Source of the DNA: Styela clava
Lineage: Eukaryota
Direction of reading: 5' to 3'
Assembly (NCBI RefSeq): GCF_964204865.1
Contig: NC_135264.1
Span: forward strand, 13,888,001 to 13,952,000
Length of the DNA: 64,000 nucleotides
This document shows positions 48,924-62,900 of the stretch, piece by piece. Every line of letters begins with the position of its first letter. Position 1 is the stretch's first letter. Under the pieces are notes generated by a model. The model was not told the origin of the DNA, did not search any database, and was given only the letters and a program-made list of their open reading frames with translations. The position numbers and the translations under genes were made by a program.

Positions 48924-51269
48924 GTCTAGTCCTATTGGATCTTAAAAGCGCCGATTAAGATAGCGAAAATGTAATGCGTATGGCGATAGCGACACAAACG
49001 GTGTAATAAGCTGCTAGGTATACGAATATATAGATAGCGACCACTTGTCATGCCAAATACCATTCAGTCAGAGATCCAGAAAATCGCATGTCTTTTCAAC
49101 AAAAACACGACAGGCGTTTTGCAACGGTGCAAATCGAGGGTGACGCGGTTTCCGATTGCTGCGATACACCCTCGTTTTTGGCAACGGTTTTTGGGTATAA
49201 TAACAGGTTTCGGCGATGGCGAGACGCTCAATTAACAAATGGACCATAAAGGCAACAAACCACAAATATAACATACCAGTAACCGTCAACAGAAGAATAT
49301 GAATAGAATTTTTGCTCTAATTAAAGGCATTGGAACGACTGCCATTGAAATTTTGGTTCATTCCAAGAAGACAAGACTGGATAATAATTAGTTGGGGAAC
49401 TTGCATTATTAAGTTATTGACTAAATTTCAATACCAAATCTGGTAACGAGTCCGTCTCCATGATTGAGCCATTTTACCTTCATTACAGAGCAAAATGCAC
49501 ACACCTTTCAAACTTATCCTCACGACTTCAGAGTTTGAGAATATTTTTGATGACGTCAGGGAAAATTTCTGTCAGACAACAAACTTCAAGAAACATCTGA
49601 ATATGATTACACTACTAAGTATTCAAGCACAAGTTTTCGTATTTTTTTTACGAGATTTTTCCTCCACCGACCGATATTTAGTGGTCTGTAATGCACCATA
49701 ATAATCATGTTTGTTTTTAACGTCTCCTGGAATTTCGATGGTCGGCATAGACTTCGGTGCGATGTCAGTTTGTAATCTACTCATGATCGAAATACCCATG
49801 TTCGAAAAAATTCTCATAAGACTGAAAAAGTTGGAAGGTTTTTAAGAAAGGCACTGGTGAGAGCAGCTTGATCAAGACTGTTTGTATATTGACCTAGCTG
49901 CATTTCTCGGCCAAAGACGAGCGTTAAAATCCTACAAATCGATGGATAGAAAAACGAGCCACAAAAATTGCATTTTATAACGAACTCATTGAAAACATTA
50001 TATTGCTTTGAATCAAAACTCGCGGCAGCGTTAATTAAACAAACATGCAATAACATCATAAACAGCTCAGAACGTGACGTCATCAATAAATGACGTCACC
50101 GAAGTAGGATACTGATAGAACTAATTTAATTGTACAATAATATCATAAAAATTACGTCGTAAACGTAAGATATCATAAAAACGGGAAATCAAAATAACAA
50201 TGCTGCCGTTTACTAGCAGCTCTTAATTACGTCATAAAATATTGACATCATGAAATGTGAAACTTAGGGGATTGGTGCAACTATATTATGAGAATAATAA
50301 CAAAGTCTCTGAGGTGAAGCAATAATGAAATAGAAGACAAATTCTTAGAAATGATCAGTGCCAGTGCCCACTAGGGAAAGGGGCAACATTTTGTTCCCCC
50401 CAGGACCCACTTTTAGAATTGTACTTACAAGGAAAATAGGAATTTTTAGAAGTTGAAATTCATCTGACAATTGGGAGAAATATATGAAGACATTCAGAAA
50501 GTTGAATTGTTCCGAAAAAATCACCCACTGGTAGGATAAACATGATATACCTATAGGAAATAGGGTCCAATTTACTTATTGCCAAGCATTCGACTGATAT
50601 GGTTTCAAATAGGGGCCAATTTGATCTGATTGAATTTGATTTGATCTGTTGAATCAAATACCACAAAATTACCATTAAATTTGAGTTGTTTTTTTACAGT
50701 TAGTACAATAATCAGGAATCATGGTGTCAAGATAAATTGCAACTTGATTGTCAAATTTTTTTTATGTTTAAAAGCAAAAAAAAGATTATCAATAATACAT
50801 GCATTGACGAGCTAAGCCCTCGAACAAAAACAGATAATTTTTTTCTACATTAACCAGTCGTAAAAATGATGCTTCAGGAGATAGAACACATACAAAGCTT
50901 CATTTTTATAATGCTTACACATATTTTTTAAACAAAAAGTAATCGAGATTAGATATGTTTGCTCGATGATAAAGCTCACTGTTCGATATGTGCATCGGTC
51001 TATTTGAGAGCGTCTCAAACTGGGCCCTCGGCCTCCTAGTGGGCCATGACATATTTCTTTGAGTGCCACAAACAAAAGCCTTCACTAGGTGCCATTTCGT
51101 GATGACTATATCAATTCAAAATAAATTGTCTTGTCTATTTCTTTGACTGTTATGAATTTATTGTTTCCTTTTCGACTGTTGCCTTTTTTATTGTTAAATG
51201 TGACTTTCAAAATAATTGAGAGAAACCTGTTAAAAACGTAACTACATTGTTATGGAAGAGTGAGAGGCC

Positions 51270-51449
51270 CAGTGGTGGGATTCAGCCAGTTCACACCGGT
51301 TCTATAGAACCGTCTCACGGGATTTTATGAGATCAGCGAACGGTTAGCATTGCTAAAAATAAAAATATGACTTTCTGTAACAGAACTGGCTGAAAAATAC
51401 GACTTTTGTGATGGAACCGACTGATAAAAAAAATTGAATCCCAACACTG
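51270..51449. mobile_element. hAT-like MITE
   Basis: TIRs CAGTGGTGGGATTCA / TGAATCCCAACACTG. Confidence 0.6.
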
Positions 51450-51877
51450 GTTGGGGGCCATGAAGATGTCTTGGTTTGGTGACAGAGATAATGGAAGTTT
51501 GAGAACCCCCAGCCTATTTCTTATCATTTCATTCAAGAACGTTAAAGCCAATAAAACATCTGGATCATAATGGAATATTTCAAATTGAGTCAAAGTGCTT
51601 ACAACTGTCCGATTTTTCATTGCTTTTGTGGATGTGGACTGCTAGAGACTACTGATGATTATTAGATCAAAAAAAACTATTGATCAATCGTGATCTAACA
51701 ATAGAATCAATGTTAATTAAAATATACACGATTAACATCAATTTATCTAAATTTCAAATTTGGCAGAGAAGAACTCTTGCAGGCGCAAAACAAATCAAAT
51801 ACGCAATTTTTTTTCCGAAAAAATAATCATTTCTAATATTTACATTATTCATTACATCGACGTAGCTTGTTCAAGAA

Positions 51878-52172
51878 CAGGGGTGTGCAATCTTTGATAC
51901 AGGAGGGCCAGATGGAAATGACTGACTGAATGTAAATGCGGGCCGGGCTGGTTTTTATTCTTATGACATGGGTTGTTCGCTTCCCACAAGCTAGCTGTTA
52001 GGGCATTGTAATGTCATACGCCGGTATAAGCTTCGCAACGCAAAGGGATGGAAGCAATTGAAAACTCGTTTCACGGGCCGCACATTATTCAAAATTGGCA
52101 CTTCTCTGCGGGCCGCACAAATTTTCCCTGAGGGCCGCATTTGGCCCGTTGACTGCAGGTTGCACACCCCTA
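51878..52172. mobile_element. hAT-like MITE
   Basis: CAGGGGTGTGCAATCT / AGGTTGCACACCCCTA, with GCGGGCCG subterminal repeats. Confidence 0.65.
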
Positions 52173-53523
52173 GTCTACTATATCCATCAGTAGGCCTGTC
52201 TTTGGTTCAAATACCATACCCACCACATCACCCTGGGGTAATAAATTGCGTAGGCAATGTCAAACAGGAAAGGTTACGTTCCTTCTTATCACCCAGCAAA
52301 TAGTAAATTGAGTTGGCAAAGCCACACTGGAAGGATTCCGTAGGTCCCGATCTCACCCAGGTTGTAGGCAATGCCAACCCGGATTCCTATCGTTCGCAGC
52401 TATAGAAGCGCCCATACGTAGCAGTGGCTCTTGAACAAAGCCTTCTTCACAGATAAGGGCGCTCAAAACATAAAAAGTATTTTTTTTTTTACTGAATTAG
52501 TGAACATCTGAATCAGCCATTTTTGAAATAACAAAGAATAAAAAATGAATTTTATGAAACTTGAATTTCAAAAATGGCTTCACATATTTAACAGGCTTTG
52601 TAGTTTCACTAATGGTAATCACCAATTAAAGGCAGAAATGCCCAGTATAGCAGTATTTCTAGATTATTGAGTTAGTAGTTGAATGAAAAGCATGAAGAAT
52701 GCACCATGTACCAAAAATAAAGTCAAAAAAAGAAAAACTAAAAACAGAAAAGAAATGAAGGGAACATCTAAAAATGAATCTTTTTTAAAAAATGCACTTT
52801 TTGAAGGTTTTTGATCATTGATCATATTTATAAATTCAAAATTGTCATGATTCAACCAATATTTTCAAATAAAAAATATCAACAAAAAAAAATTATTAGC
52901 ACAAAGTGGGTTAGGATAAAAATACTAACAAGGCACTTATATTAAGAATTCTAAATACTACTGGAGATAAAATTTGAAAAATGTTCAGAGCACTCACGCT
53001 ACGGCATGAGGAGAGCACTTACTCAGCTTGAGATCAAGAATATAATTTTGTGACATTCTTTCAAAATCATGTTATTGCAAGACAAACATCATTTTTGGCA
53101 ATATATATAAACGTCCGGATTTCACCAAAAAAAACTTTTCAAGGTTTTGTTATAAAAACATGTCATTTTGAGTACGGGTGCTTAGTTCTGACATACGGTC
53201 ATTCCACAAATTGAGATAAATAAGATGTAAATTTGATACTTTTTGCAGTGAAATTACAAGTTACGATTTACAATGATTTTGTTGGAAAACAAAAACTTTT
53301 ACAGAATTCAGAATCAAGAATAATTTAGTGGAATCTGAAATCAAAACTTTTCGAATTAAATAGAATTTAATCAAAATTTATACCGTTTTATCCATGTGCA
53401 AATCCCTCATTATTTGATAATACTTACTTTTAACGGTAGCAATATTGCATGCTACATATAGAAAACAACACAAAGTTGTATTAACTAGTCTGTTATTCCG
53501 AAAAAGCATCCAAAGTTTTAGAG

Positions 53524-53614
53524 CAGTGGTTCACAAACGATGGGATGCACTTTTTAAGATGGGGCGCGAGACTTGACAAATTCTGGCGCGGCTTAAAAAG
53601 TTTTAGAACCACCA
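53524..53614. mobile_element. Short hAT-like MITE
   Basis: CAGTGGTTCACAAAC / GTTTTAGAACCACCA; shares AGACTTGACAAATTC with 54411-54708. Confidence 0.55.
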
Positions 53615-53942
53615 TTCTAGTGCGAATGGCATCGCAGAAAGTTTCCAAAATTTTGGATTCAATTGTTTCGATCTTCGAATAAAACACGATTCTTTAAAAT
53701 ATAGAAATCAAATTTAGTCAAACTTATTTCTGAGATCATAGACATCCCTAATTCTTAGCCACCTTATATTTAAAATGACCAAATTTGGAGATGAGAAAGC
53801 TTGCACCATTATTGACTACCGAGCTACCTTCAAGATATTGGCAAAACATATTAATCAAATACTTGATTTAATAATGCACTCGATTTGGAAATTAGAAGAC
53901 AATTTACATATTTGCGTTATTGCGCAATTTAGTTATAATCAG

Positions 53943-56900
53943 CTACAATGAGGTTATGTATGTAATATTTTCTGGCACTGTAGGGGTTGTGGGGGGAGTC
54001 AATTTTTTCGGTTTTGTCACGCAAGAATCTAGCAACTTTGATCTCACCCTACCAGGAGTATCACTCTGGGTACGATAACGATGATCGTCTTTAGTACCAC
54101 TAGAGGGAGTAGAATGAGTATCTAAAACAATTTCAGGTTCAAGGGTCAAATCTTCCAAACTTTTTGATACAGGAGACACCATGTCGCTCGTGTTGTCCGT
54201 ACTAGAGAGCAGATCGTCCGTTGAGTGAGTGATTGATATATTTGAAGGTGAGCGAGAATGTTTTGTTCGAATTCGTCCGAAACTGAATAGCGATCCGCCC
54301 TGGAGGAAGTTGGTTATTGGAGTACCTAAAATATATTATTTTGACGATGAACTGTTTTTAGGATCAGTGTGACGAAATAAAGGTTGGAGAGACATGCATA
54401 TCCATTATGACAGTGGTTTTCAAACGGTGCGGTGTGCCCCCTTCAATTTTTCAAGGGGCCGTGAAGCTAATTAAAAATAAAACTATTTTTTAGATTTGAT
54501 TTTGCCCGCCTTATTTTGGATATTAACATTTTTTTATTTTGGATATTTATGTTCCATCCACGTACTTTCAACATGTTTTTTGAATAAAACATACTTTCAC
54601 TTTACTATTTGTTATTTATAGCCTATTGTTAGCTAGTTATTCTTGAGGTGGGGCCAGACTTGACAAATTCTAAAAAGTGGGTGTGGGCAAAAAGTTTGAG
54701 AACCACTTCATTATGACATCAGTAATAATTTCCAAAGTTGGACAAATATTCCAGAATCAGTAAAAATCATTAATCTTTCTTACCTAAAACAGACTTGCTA
54801 CGAAGACCTTTTATTGGGGAGTAAGGAAAATAACTCGACAACACATTCAGACTGTTTTGACTCGACGATGACGAATCGAACAGAGAAATATTCTCTTGCG
54901 ACACCGTGTGGTTGAAATACATTCCGCTTACATTAAACGAGTCCTCCTCTCCGCTACTTAGATGGAGGGAGTCATTATAAAGTTTCCGCTTCAACATTTG
55001 AAGCTGTGGAAAAAAAAGGTAAAATTAAGTAACTTTTTATTGAAATTTGAATAACAACTCTCCCTGATATACGAACTACTTGAGATATTATGTCTGCAAA
55101 ATATTTGCTGATTAATTGTAGGTCACCTCCTGTGAGTTTGCAGATTCAAATTCTGTGAAATATGACACAATGCAGGGGAATTGCAAGTTGTAGGAGCTGT
55201 AGAGTTTGGGTTATTGCACATGTTTTCTCGATGTGTTTTTATTTAAGTAAAAGCTAACAGTACGTGTATAGTCTTGTGGTTATATTGAGTCAGCAATGTC
55301 TGACTGCCCTTTTCCAGCCAATGTGCTCGTCTGGTCTTCATGTGATTGGCAATAAAACAAACATTTCACTCTTACTTGACTTTTAATTTATTCATCCTCA
55401 TAACAACATCTATAATTTGTTTATCCCCTGAATTATGTTTTAAGTTTCTTATAGAGGCATCATTATCAGCACGTCCCTGCATTGCACTTCACCCTTAGCA
55501 TAATGAATTAGGCAATGCAGAAACAGAAAGATTTCTAGTAAAGGCGTAAAGAGCTTTTATGAGAGTGATGATGTTGAATTATCGTATAAAAAAGTCGATA
55601 TAAGAACCTGCACCTTATTATGTAAGATGTGTATTTCATCATACAATATAGATTCCTGTTGTAGCATTGCTGCAGGACCTCCACCATATATTTGAGACCA
55701 TGGAAGCCATCGGAAATAACACTGTCGCCAGAACTGTAATTTCCGAATTGCTGTACATGGATAGAGAGGATGAACATGTTCTGCAAAAACAATAATTTTA
55801 GTTTATTTATCGTCGCAAGACTGCAGAGTCGAAGAAAAGTTCCTCCTGATGAAAAAAGACTGAAGCTTTACCATGGGCTAAAAAAATTAACTGCAACTGC
55901 AGGCCTCTTATCCTGATTACAAAAGAATGAGAAAAAAAGTAGACTAAAGATGGTGGCACTTCACCCAGGGTATAAATATTGGGTAAGGAATGTTAAACGA
56001 ATAAATTGGGTAAGCAATATCAAATCCGAAATGATCCCGGTCCACTCAGAGTGAAGTCATTGAAATACCAATGAAAGACTGTTTTTCAATTTAGTCCATT
56101 ATACATTTCTACCGGTATAGAAGTCACAAATTTGGCGCTCCAGAAGTGCGAGTGCCGAGTACCAATATGGAGGTAACAAATTTTGTTTGCCTATGTTACA
56201 TCAAATTGTGTAAAGGGACGGAATCCTATGGGCAGGGGGTATATTCACTTGGCTAACACGAACAGTCCCCGAACTCGTCATAGAACTAAAATAAGGAAAA
56301 TCAGAATAAAATTATGGCTTATCCCAACCTGGTACACATACTACGGGTGTACCCAAATTTGTACTATTCGAGTTAAAAATATGACTATGACGGCATTTGA
56401 ACACCAAATCCCAGTTATTGAATCAAAATATAGTATTCAGGATTCTTTTTATGGAGTAAAAATATCTTTGTGACACCACAATATTACGCACCTGCAGTAT
56501 CAGTCACACGTTTTTGCATAAAAAGATCTTTGAATTTGATATTATATGTTGCGACGTTAATAAAATCATCTGTTGATTCAGGTTGTTCTAATACATTCTC
56601 CTTAGTTTTTTTACGACGCAATGAAAACCTGTTGCAGACAAAGACATCGGAATCAGTTAATTTGAGCTAGATTGGCTTGTCAGTTAATACACCAATTATT
56701 TAGGTAAGGTTAACGAGTGAGCAAGAAATAAAATCAACACTATATGACATTGGCTGTATATGTATATGTTGTTGGCTCTATATGCATATGAGTTGGCTGT
56801 ATGTGCATCTGGCATTGGCTGTAAATGCATATGAAATTGGCTGTATACGCATATGACCTTGCCTATATATGAATATTTAGTTGGCACTATATGTATATGA

Positions 56901-59900
56901 TTTGGCTGTATATGCATATGACAACTCTTTAACTGACTAGGAACTGAAGAAAGCTTGAAGCAAATCAAGAATAACTATAAGTGGCTTATGAAGAAAGAAG
57001 AGTGCATTTTTGCAAATTGGACATTAAATGAAATAACTCATGGATAAGAAATATTCCCAATATTGAAATGAAAATTTTATACGAACATGATCTTGGGAAA
57101 TTAGCATATTCTTTCATGTTATGAAATAACAAAATATAAGATATTAATGTTCGTAACAGCTACAACACGAGGACAAATGTTTTCAAAAAAATTAGAATAG
57201 AAATAAAGAAACCTTGATTTGAGTTTCGGTGAATTTGGATCGACAGGTTTTAACATTGAATCATCGTCCAATCGTTCCGAATGATCGTCACCGTTTACTT
57301 TTTCATTCAATTCCCCGACTTGATCATCATCCTTACACTCGCTGTCGCTTTTTGATCTTGACGGTCGTCGGTCTTTCTCAGAGTCTTGCGGAGATGCGGT
57401 CCAAGTGACTTTTTGCCCTGGCATAAGCGCTACTTTCGGAAAATGGCCTGCTGGGGGTGGTACTTTTCTCAATTGAGGGTTTTTATTCTCTTCTGTACTC
57501 TCACTACTTTCTCTTCTTGTACTTTTGTTTTTCTCTTCTAAGCTCCCACTCTTATTTTTTACTTTGTTCAAAGGGAGAGGATTGTCTTGTTCAATTTTAC
57601 GACGATGCTCTTCTAGTTTTTTGTCTTTGACGCTTGTTTTCTTTTTTCCGTGCGTCGGACTTTTCGGAGATCGAGAATGCAAAGAGGAACCATCGGGTAT
57701 GTCACCATTTATATTGTCACCATCCATCCTATAAACATACAATGAAAACAGTTTAAAGTTTATTTTTTTAAAGCTTTGTAGAGCCAAGAAAACAAACGTT
57801 AGAGATCAGCTGTATGAGGCATCACCCTTAGCGTTAGATAAAAGCTTGCCTTCACTGCATCTCAGATTACCCTGCGTAAGTTCGAATCCATGCATCTGAA
57901 ACGGATTTAATCTGGAATGCATTTAATCCCACACCCTACCTAAACTGGTAACCAGACAATTGGTCATGGTACAACATATGATTAAGCCCAGTGGCGCAGC
58001 CAGAGGGGGTTTTCAGGGTAGAAACCTATTAAATGGCTTGGGTCGGGTTGTGAACCGCGGACCGCCTGTTGCACACTGCACACCCCTGACGCAGATCAAG
58101 GGATGGCAGTTAGTCTCGCGCAATGTAGTTATACTATACATTAATTACAAAATTATATTATTTACTTTTGAAGGTCATCAGTGATATAAACATCGTTTGT
58201 AATAACCCTTTCTTTTCCATCAGAATTATCTGAACTTTCCTCAACATATTTCCTGTAGTTTTCCATGGTTCGCATCCTTGAAACAAAGAATTGTAAAAGG
58301 TTGTAAATATCTGGCAGTTAGTTAAACTTCTAAGTTAGAGCAGGACACACACCTCTAAGTTTGCTTTGGGAAATGGTTAGAGGTGTAGTCAGGAATTTCA
58401 GGAAGTTTGAAACTGGAATTGGAAATTCCAGTACAACGTCTTGTGAAAGAGTCTCGCCTCTCAACAAAAAAAAAGACTTTTTCATCGAAAAGTGATTTTT
58501 TGTTGCGCAAAACATTCAATTCATGACAAATACGAGCATTTAAAAAGTCTTTTCTATCAAAAAATGATTTTTTTTCAATTCAATCAATTCATGACCAATA
58601 CAAGAATCTAAAATTTCTTTTTCATCGAAAGTAATTTTTCTGTTGTGCAAAAACATTCAATTCATGACTGATACAAGCATTTAAAATGTATTTTTCATCG
58701 GATAATGATTATTATGTTGTGCAAAACATTCAATCCACGACCAATACGAGCATTTAAAATGTCCTGCCCAATTTCAAAACTCAATTAAATGACTCTAGCA
58801 CGCCTAACATGAGTCCAACTTACTTGTATAAAGGATTGTTGAATAAAGTCATGTCAGATTTATTAAACTGTGATTTCCAAACCCAAACAGGCAAAAATCG
58901 TCTTGACATTGTTTCAGTGGCAGCTTTGATTGCAAATGAAGGATGCTAAATATAGAATGAAAAGTTAGGCAAAGACAAGAAATTCCATTTGTTAGATATT
59001 TTAAATCCTTCTCTGCAATTGGTTTCTATTTTAAATATACTAAAAAGATTGTGTAATTCAAAATTAGAAGATATATTTCAAAATTTATGTCTTAAAAATA
59101 ATTGGTATTTTTTTCAAAAATTGTTGAAGTTTTGTAGCGAGATCATGATTTACATTCAATTTCGATGAACCAAAAAAAAGTCCTCTCTGCTAGGCAAAAA
59201 GTTGGAAAAAGCAGAAAAATAATTTTTTGTATTCAACTTTTGATACATCAAGGGCTTGCATATTGATTGATCATGTCTCCCAACTTCTGAAAATATTTTT
59301 TTATGATAAACAACGAAAATTAGGCAAAAATTCAAACCTCGGCCGCCATCACACTCTTATGTCTTTGTCTCTCATTATTAAACATAAAGGTATCGAAAGC
59401 GGTCGTGCGTGTCGCATCGTAAAGAACAGTTAAAAATGTTACACTGGGTTCAAATCTTGCTGGATATTGGACCATAAGTTGATAAACACAATCAAGAAAC
59501 AGGAGGAATACGGGTGCCTGTTAAAGAGCAAATATAAAGTCTTGTAGAAAGTCGTTCATATAAAAAATTTTGCAATAATTTTTATACTCTTGTTTTATGC
59601 AACTAGTGTTGGATTGAAGTCCTAAACTAGGGGTCAGCTGCTAGATTTTCATTATATAAAGTATCATCCATTTGACTTTCAATTTTCTAAAAATATATGC
59701 GGCCCGCCAATAGCTTGCAACCCTTAATTTTGGCCCACGAGCAAGTCACTCAGTCATTCAGTTTTTGGTAAATGGTTGATCAAGTCAAACTCGTATTGGG
59801 GCTAATGAGGCAATCCCCGACTTAAGTCTCAGTGTCACTCTCGTAAATGGTGATTGAAGTCTAACTCGAGTAGAGTAAATGTCTCCAGCATCCCATTCGG

Positions 59901-62900
59901 ACTCTTTAGTCAATTCCTGAGTTTCTCAGTGGCGGTCGCGTCACTCAAAGTCATACTCAAGTTGAGTGCCTGACGCCAGCATACCTTTGGGGTTTATGAG
60001 TCAATCCCTGAGTTACCGTAGGTCTCAGTGGCAGTCGTGTCACTCAAGTCTTACTCGAGTTGAGTGCATGACTCCAACTTCGCACTTGGCTGGGTCTTGG
60101 TGTACATAATATGATACTCCAGATATAATTGAAGACATACTAGCAGTCTAGTTTGAAGACCCACCTACAAGCATTAAGCAATGCTGAACCGTAACGATTT
60201 CATTCAATAAAAATAAAATAGCTGCCTATTAAGCAGTGAATCAATACAGAATATATCAAGTAATAATATTTCAGAACGTATTCAGAATAGTTGAATTTTC
60301 AAAAATGACCATACCTGAGAAATAGCTAGAGTTAAACATCAACACTATATTACGACAAATACACAATGTGTTTAGGACGCAGGTTATACTCACAAGTTGA
60401 GTTGTGTCCCCTGCTGAAGACACTGAAGTGACTTGTTTCCCTCGCTTTGTTGGTTGCAACAAGTGTCCAAGTCGATCAAGGAAAGGATGTCCTGCAACCA
60501 CCCATTCTCTTTGTATGAGTGCTTGAATCCCTTCCAATGTTCGACAGGTTGGATCCAGTATTAACTGGACTAAACTGGTTATGGCTGATGAAATGTCAAT
60601 GCCGTCATGCTCTGTAACAGACAGTCTTATATTATTCCTTTAATTTGAAATAATCAGAAGTGATTTGCTTTCATAGAATTCAAAATAAATCTTGTTTACA
60701 CCTGTCGTGTGGGTCTAAATATACTCGATATACCTTTTTTAAAGGGTGGGTAAAAGTGACTCAATCGTTTGACTTAATTGACACAACTGACTGCCAACGA
60801 GAATTTGATGAGAGATAAAAGATAAAATTGGGTCTTTTGAAGTATTATTTGCCACTATTCTATCATACAATAGGAAAATTATTTGATAATCAGAGTAATT
60901 GAATAAAGAAAAAATTTCAATTTTTTATAACTTTTTTCCTGATTCATATTTGCTAAAAAAAAAGTTCTTTCTAAAATCTCAAATATTCCTAAAATCAAGA
61001 AATATTTGAATATTCCTTTTGTTTTGTTTTCAAAATCCTCAGTTGTGGAAATATGAGATTAACAAAATATGACTAAAAATTTGAGAATAGTGGAGATGTT
61101 GTATCCTATTTTTTCAGACAAGCGTGGGATAAGTGGCACACAATATTCTTGAGGAGACACTAACATTGTGGTAAACCAAAGAGTTTCATCCTTACCCTTG
61201 ATAACAACATTCAACTCTCTTTCCCGCAGACATTTTGCTGCCTCTGTTGCAGTTTCCAACACAGTACCAACATATTGAAGCCATTTAGTTGCGTGAAGTT
61301 GGCCATGCCAATGTGTATCTGTTTCCCAGAATTCACTTTCCGTGGCTGCAAAACAGTTTTTATTAGGACTCTAAAGCAGGGTTTCTAAAACTGGGATCAG
61401 CGGACCCCAGGGGGTTCTATGATGACTGCATGGGGGGTTCGCAACAACATGAAAAGAGTCTGAAACACATACAATTAGATCATGATCTTATCGAATTGCC
61501 GTTAGCCTGCTCGTATTTACGGTTGTATGTATTGATTCAGTCTTTCATGAGTTTTATTTCGTCTAATGAAACATTATCCTTATTCGTTGGTTAGGCACAG
61601 GAATTATTACGACATAGGGTGGGGGTTCATCGAAAATAAGATTCACAAACCGGGGTCTGCAGCCCAAAAAGTATGGGAAACCCTGCTTTAGAGAATTTAC
61701 TGCAGGGTTGCTCGAACTGGTACCCCTCGAGGGCCACAGAAGGGTCCTCTTGGGCGGGCTAAAACGAAGCCTTCACTCGTTCCCTACATCAATTTTGAGT
61801 GAAGTGTCTGTCTTTTGTTAAATTCTTTAACTGTAATGTATTCATTTTATGTATTTTTTATGTTTAAACGGTGCATAAAAACTGATTGAAACATGTTACA
61901 ATCAAAACTGAGTATTTTTATACAAGAGCAGTGGGCGACGCACCATGGAAAAGGTTGGGGAACCACATGCATAATAATATACTGATATTAAATGGATAAT
62001 ATAGTAAGACCAAAATAACTGAATAACCCCAATATTTAACACGTACTTAGACTAGTAATAGTATTTCTGATGGGGCTTTCTGTTGGTCCATATAAACAAA
62101 ATAACACTTACCGGGCATACAAATAGACTTCAACTTATGAAAGGATTGTTGCAGCTGCAAACAGGAAGGACATTTATGTTCTGACACGTCAATGACCCTG
62201 TGATAATTAATAATAGGTGATACGTGATAACGTCAATGTAAGGTTATGACTATATAGTAATGAGTAATCAAGATGGCTGGAGCGCATAAGGGCGCTTCAG
62301 AAGTATGTGTACCAATATGGAGGTAACTACTTTTGTTCGCCTACTTTATTTACATCAAGTTGTTTAAATAGAACCCACGGACAGGGGGTATGGGTATATT
62401 CACTTGACTAACACAGACAGTCCCCGAACTCGCAATAGAACTAAAATAAGAATAATCAGAATAAAATTATGCCCTAACCCTAACCTGGTACACATCACAA
62501 AGTACCAAAATTTGGATTTAATCGGTCCCTTAGTTTCGGAGAAAAGCAACTTTTTTCCCAACACGACAAGAATTTAGTAAAAAAACAATCCATAGCCCCA
62601 GTTCGTGACAAGAAAGCATGTTTAAAAATAGCCTACATTGTTTAAATTCATTTTAAATCAAGTATCATACTTCAGTTTGATACAGATTTTAGGGTACTCC
62701 CGAAGTATGTGAACCAAGATGGCAGACACCGGAACGTAGTATGTGTACCAGGTTAGGGTTAGGCCATAATTTTAGATACAAATACTAAGGGTGTCACTTG
62801 GCTAGTCCCCGAACTCGTATTAGAACAAAAAAAGGAAAATTGGAATAAAATTATGGCCTAACCCTAAATTCAGTAACCCAAAAACTATATTCATCTTAAG

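Noticed and set aside
49623-50086. Overlapping minus-strand ORFs (90 aa and 64 aa), the first with a hydrophobic start
   Set aside because: Could not be joined by plausible splice sites; the start overlaps CRE motifs; no recognisable domain.
60314-60345. CTATTTCTCAG|GTATGG, a possible microexon or alternative donor in an MTMR intron
   Set aside because: All candidate uses are out of frame or contain a stop.
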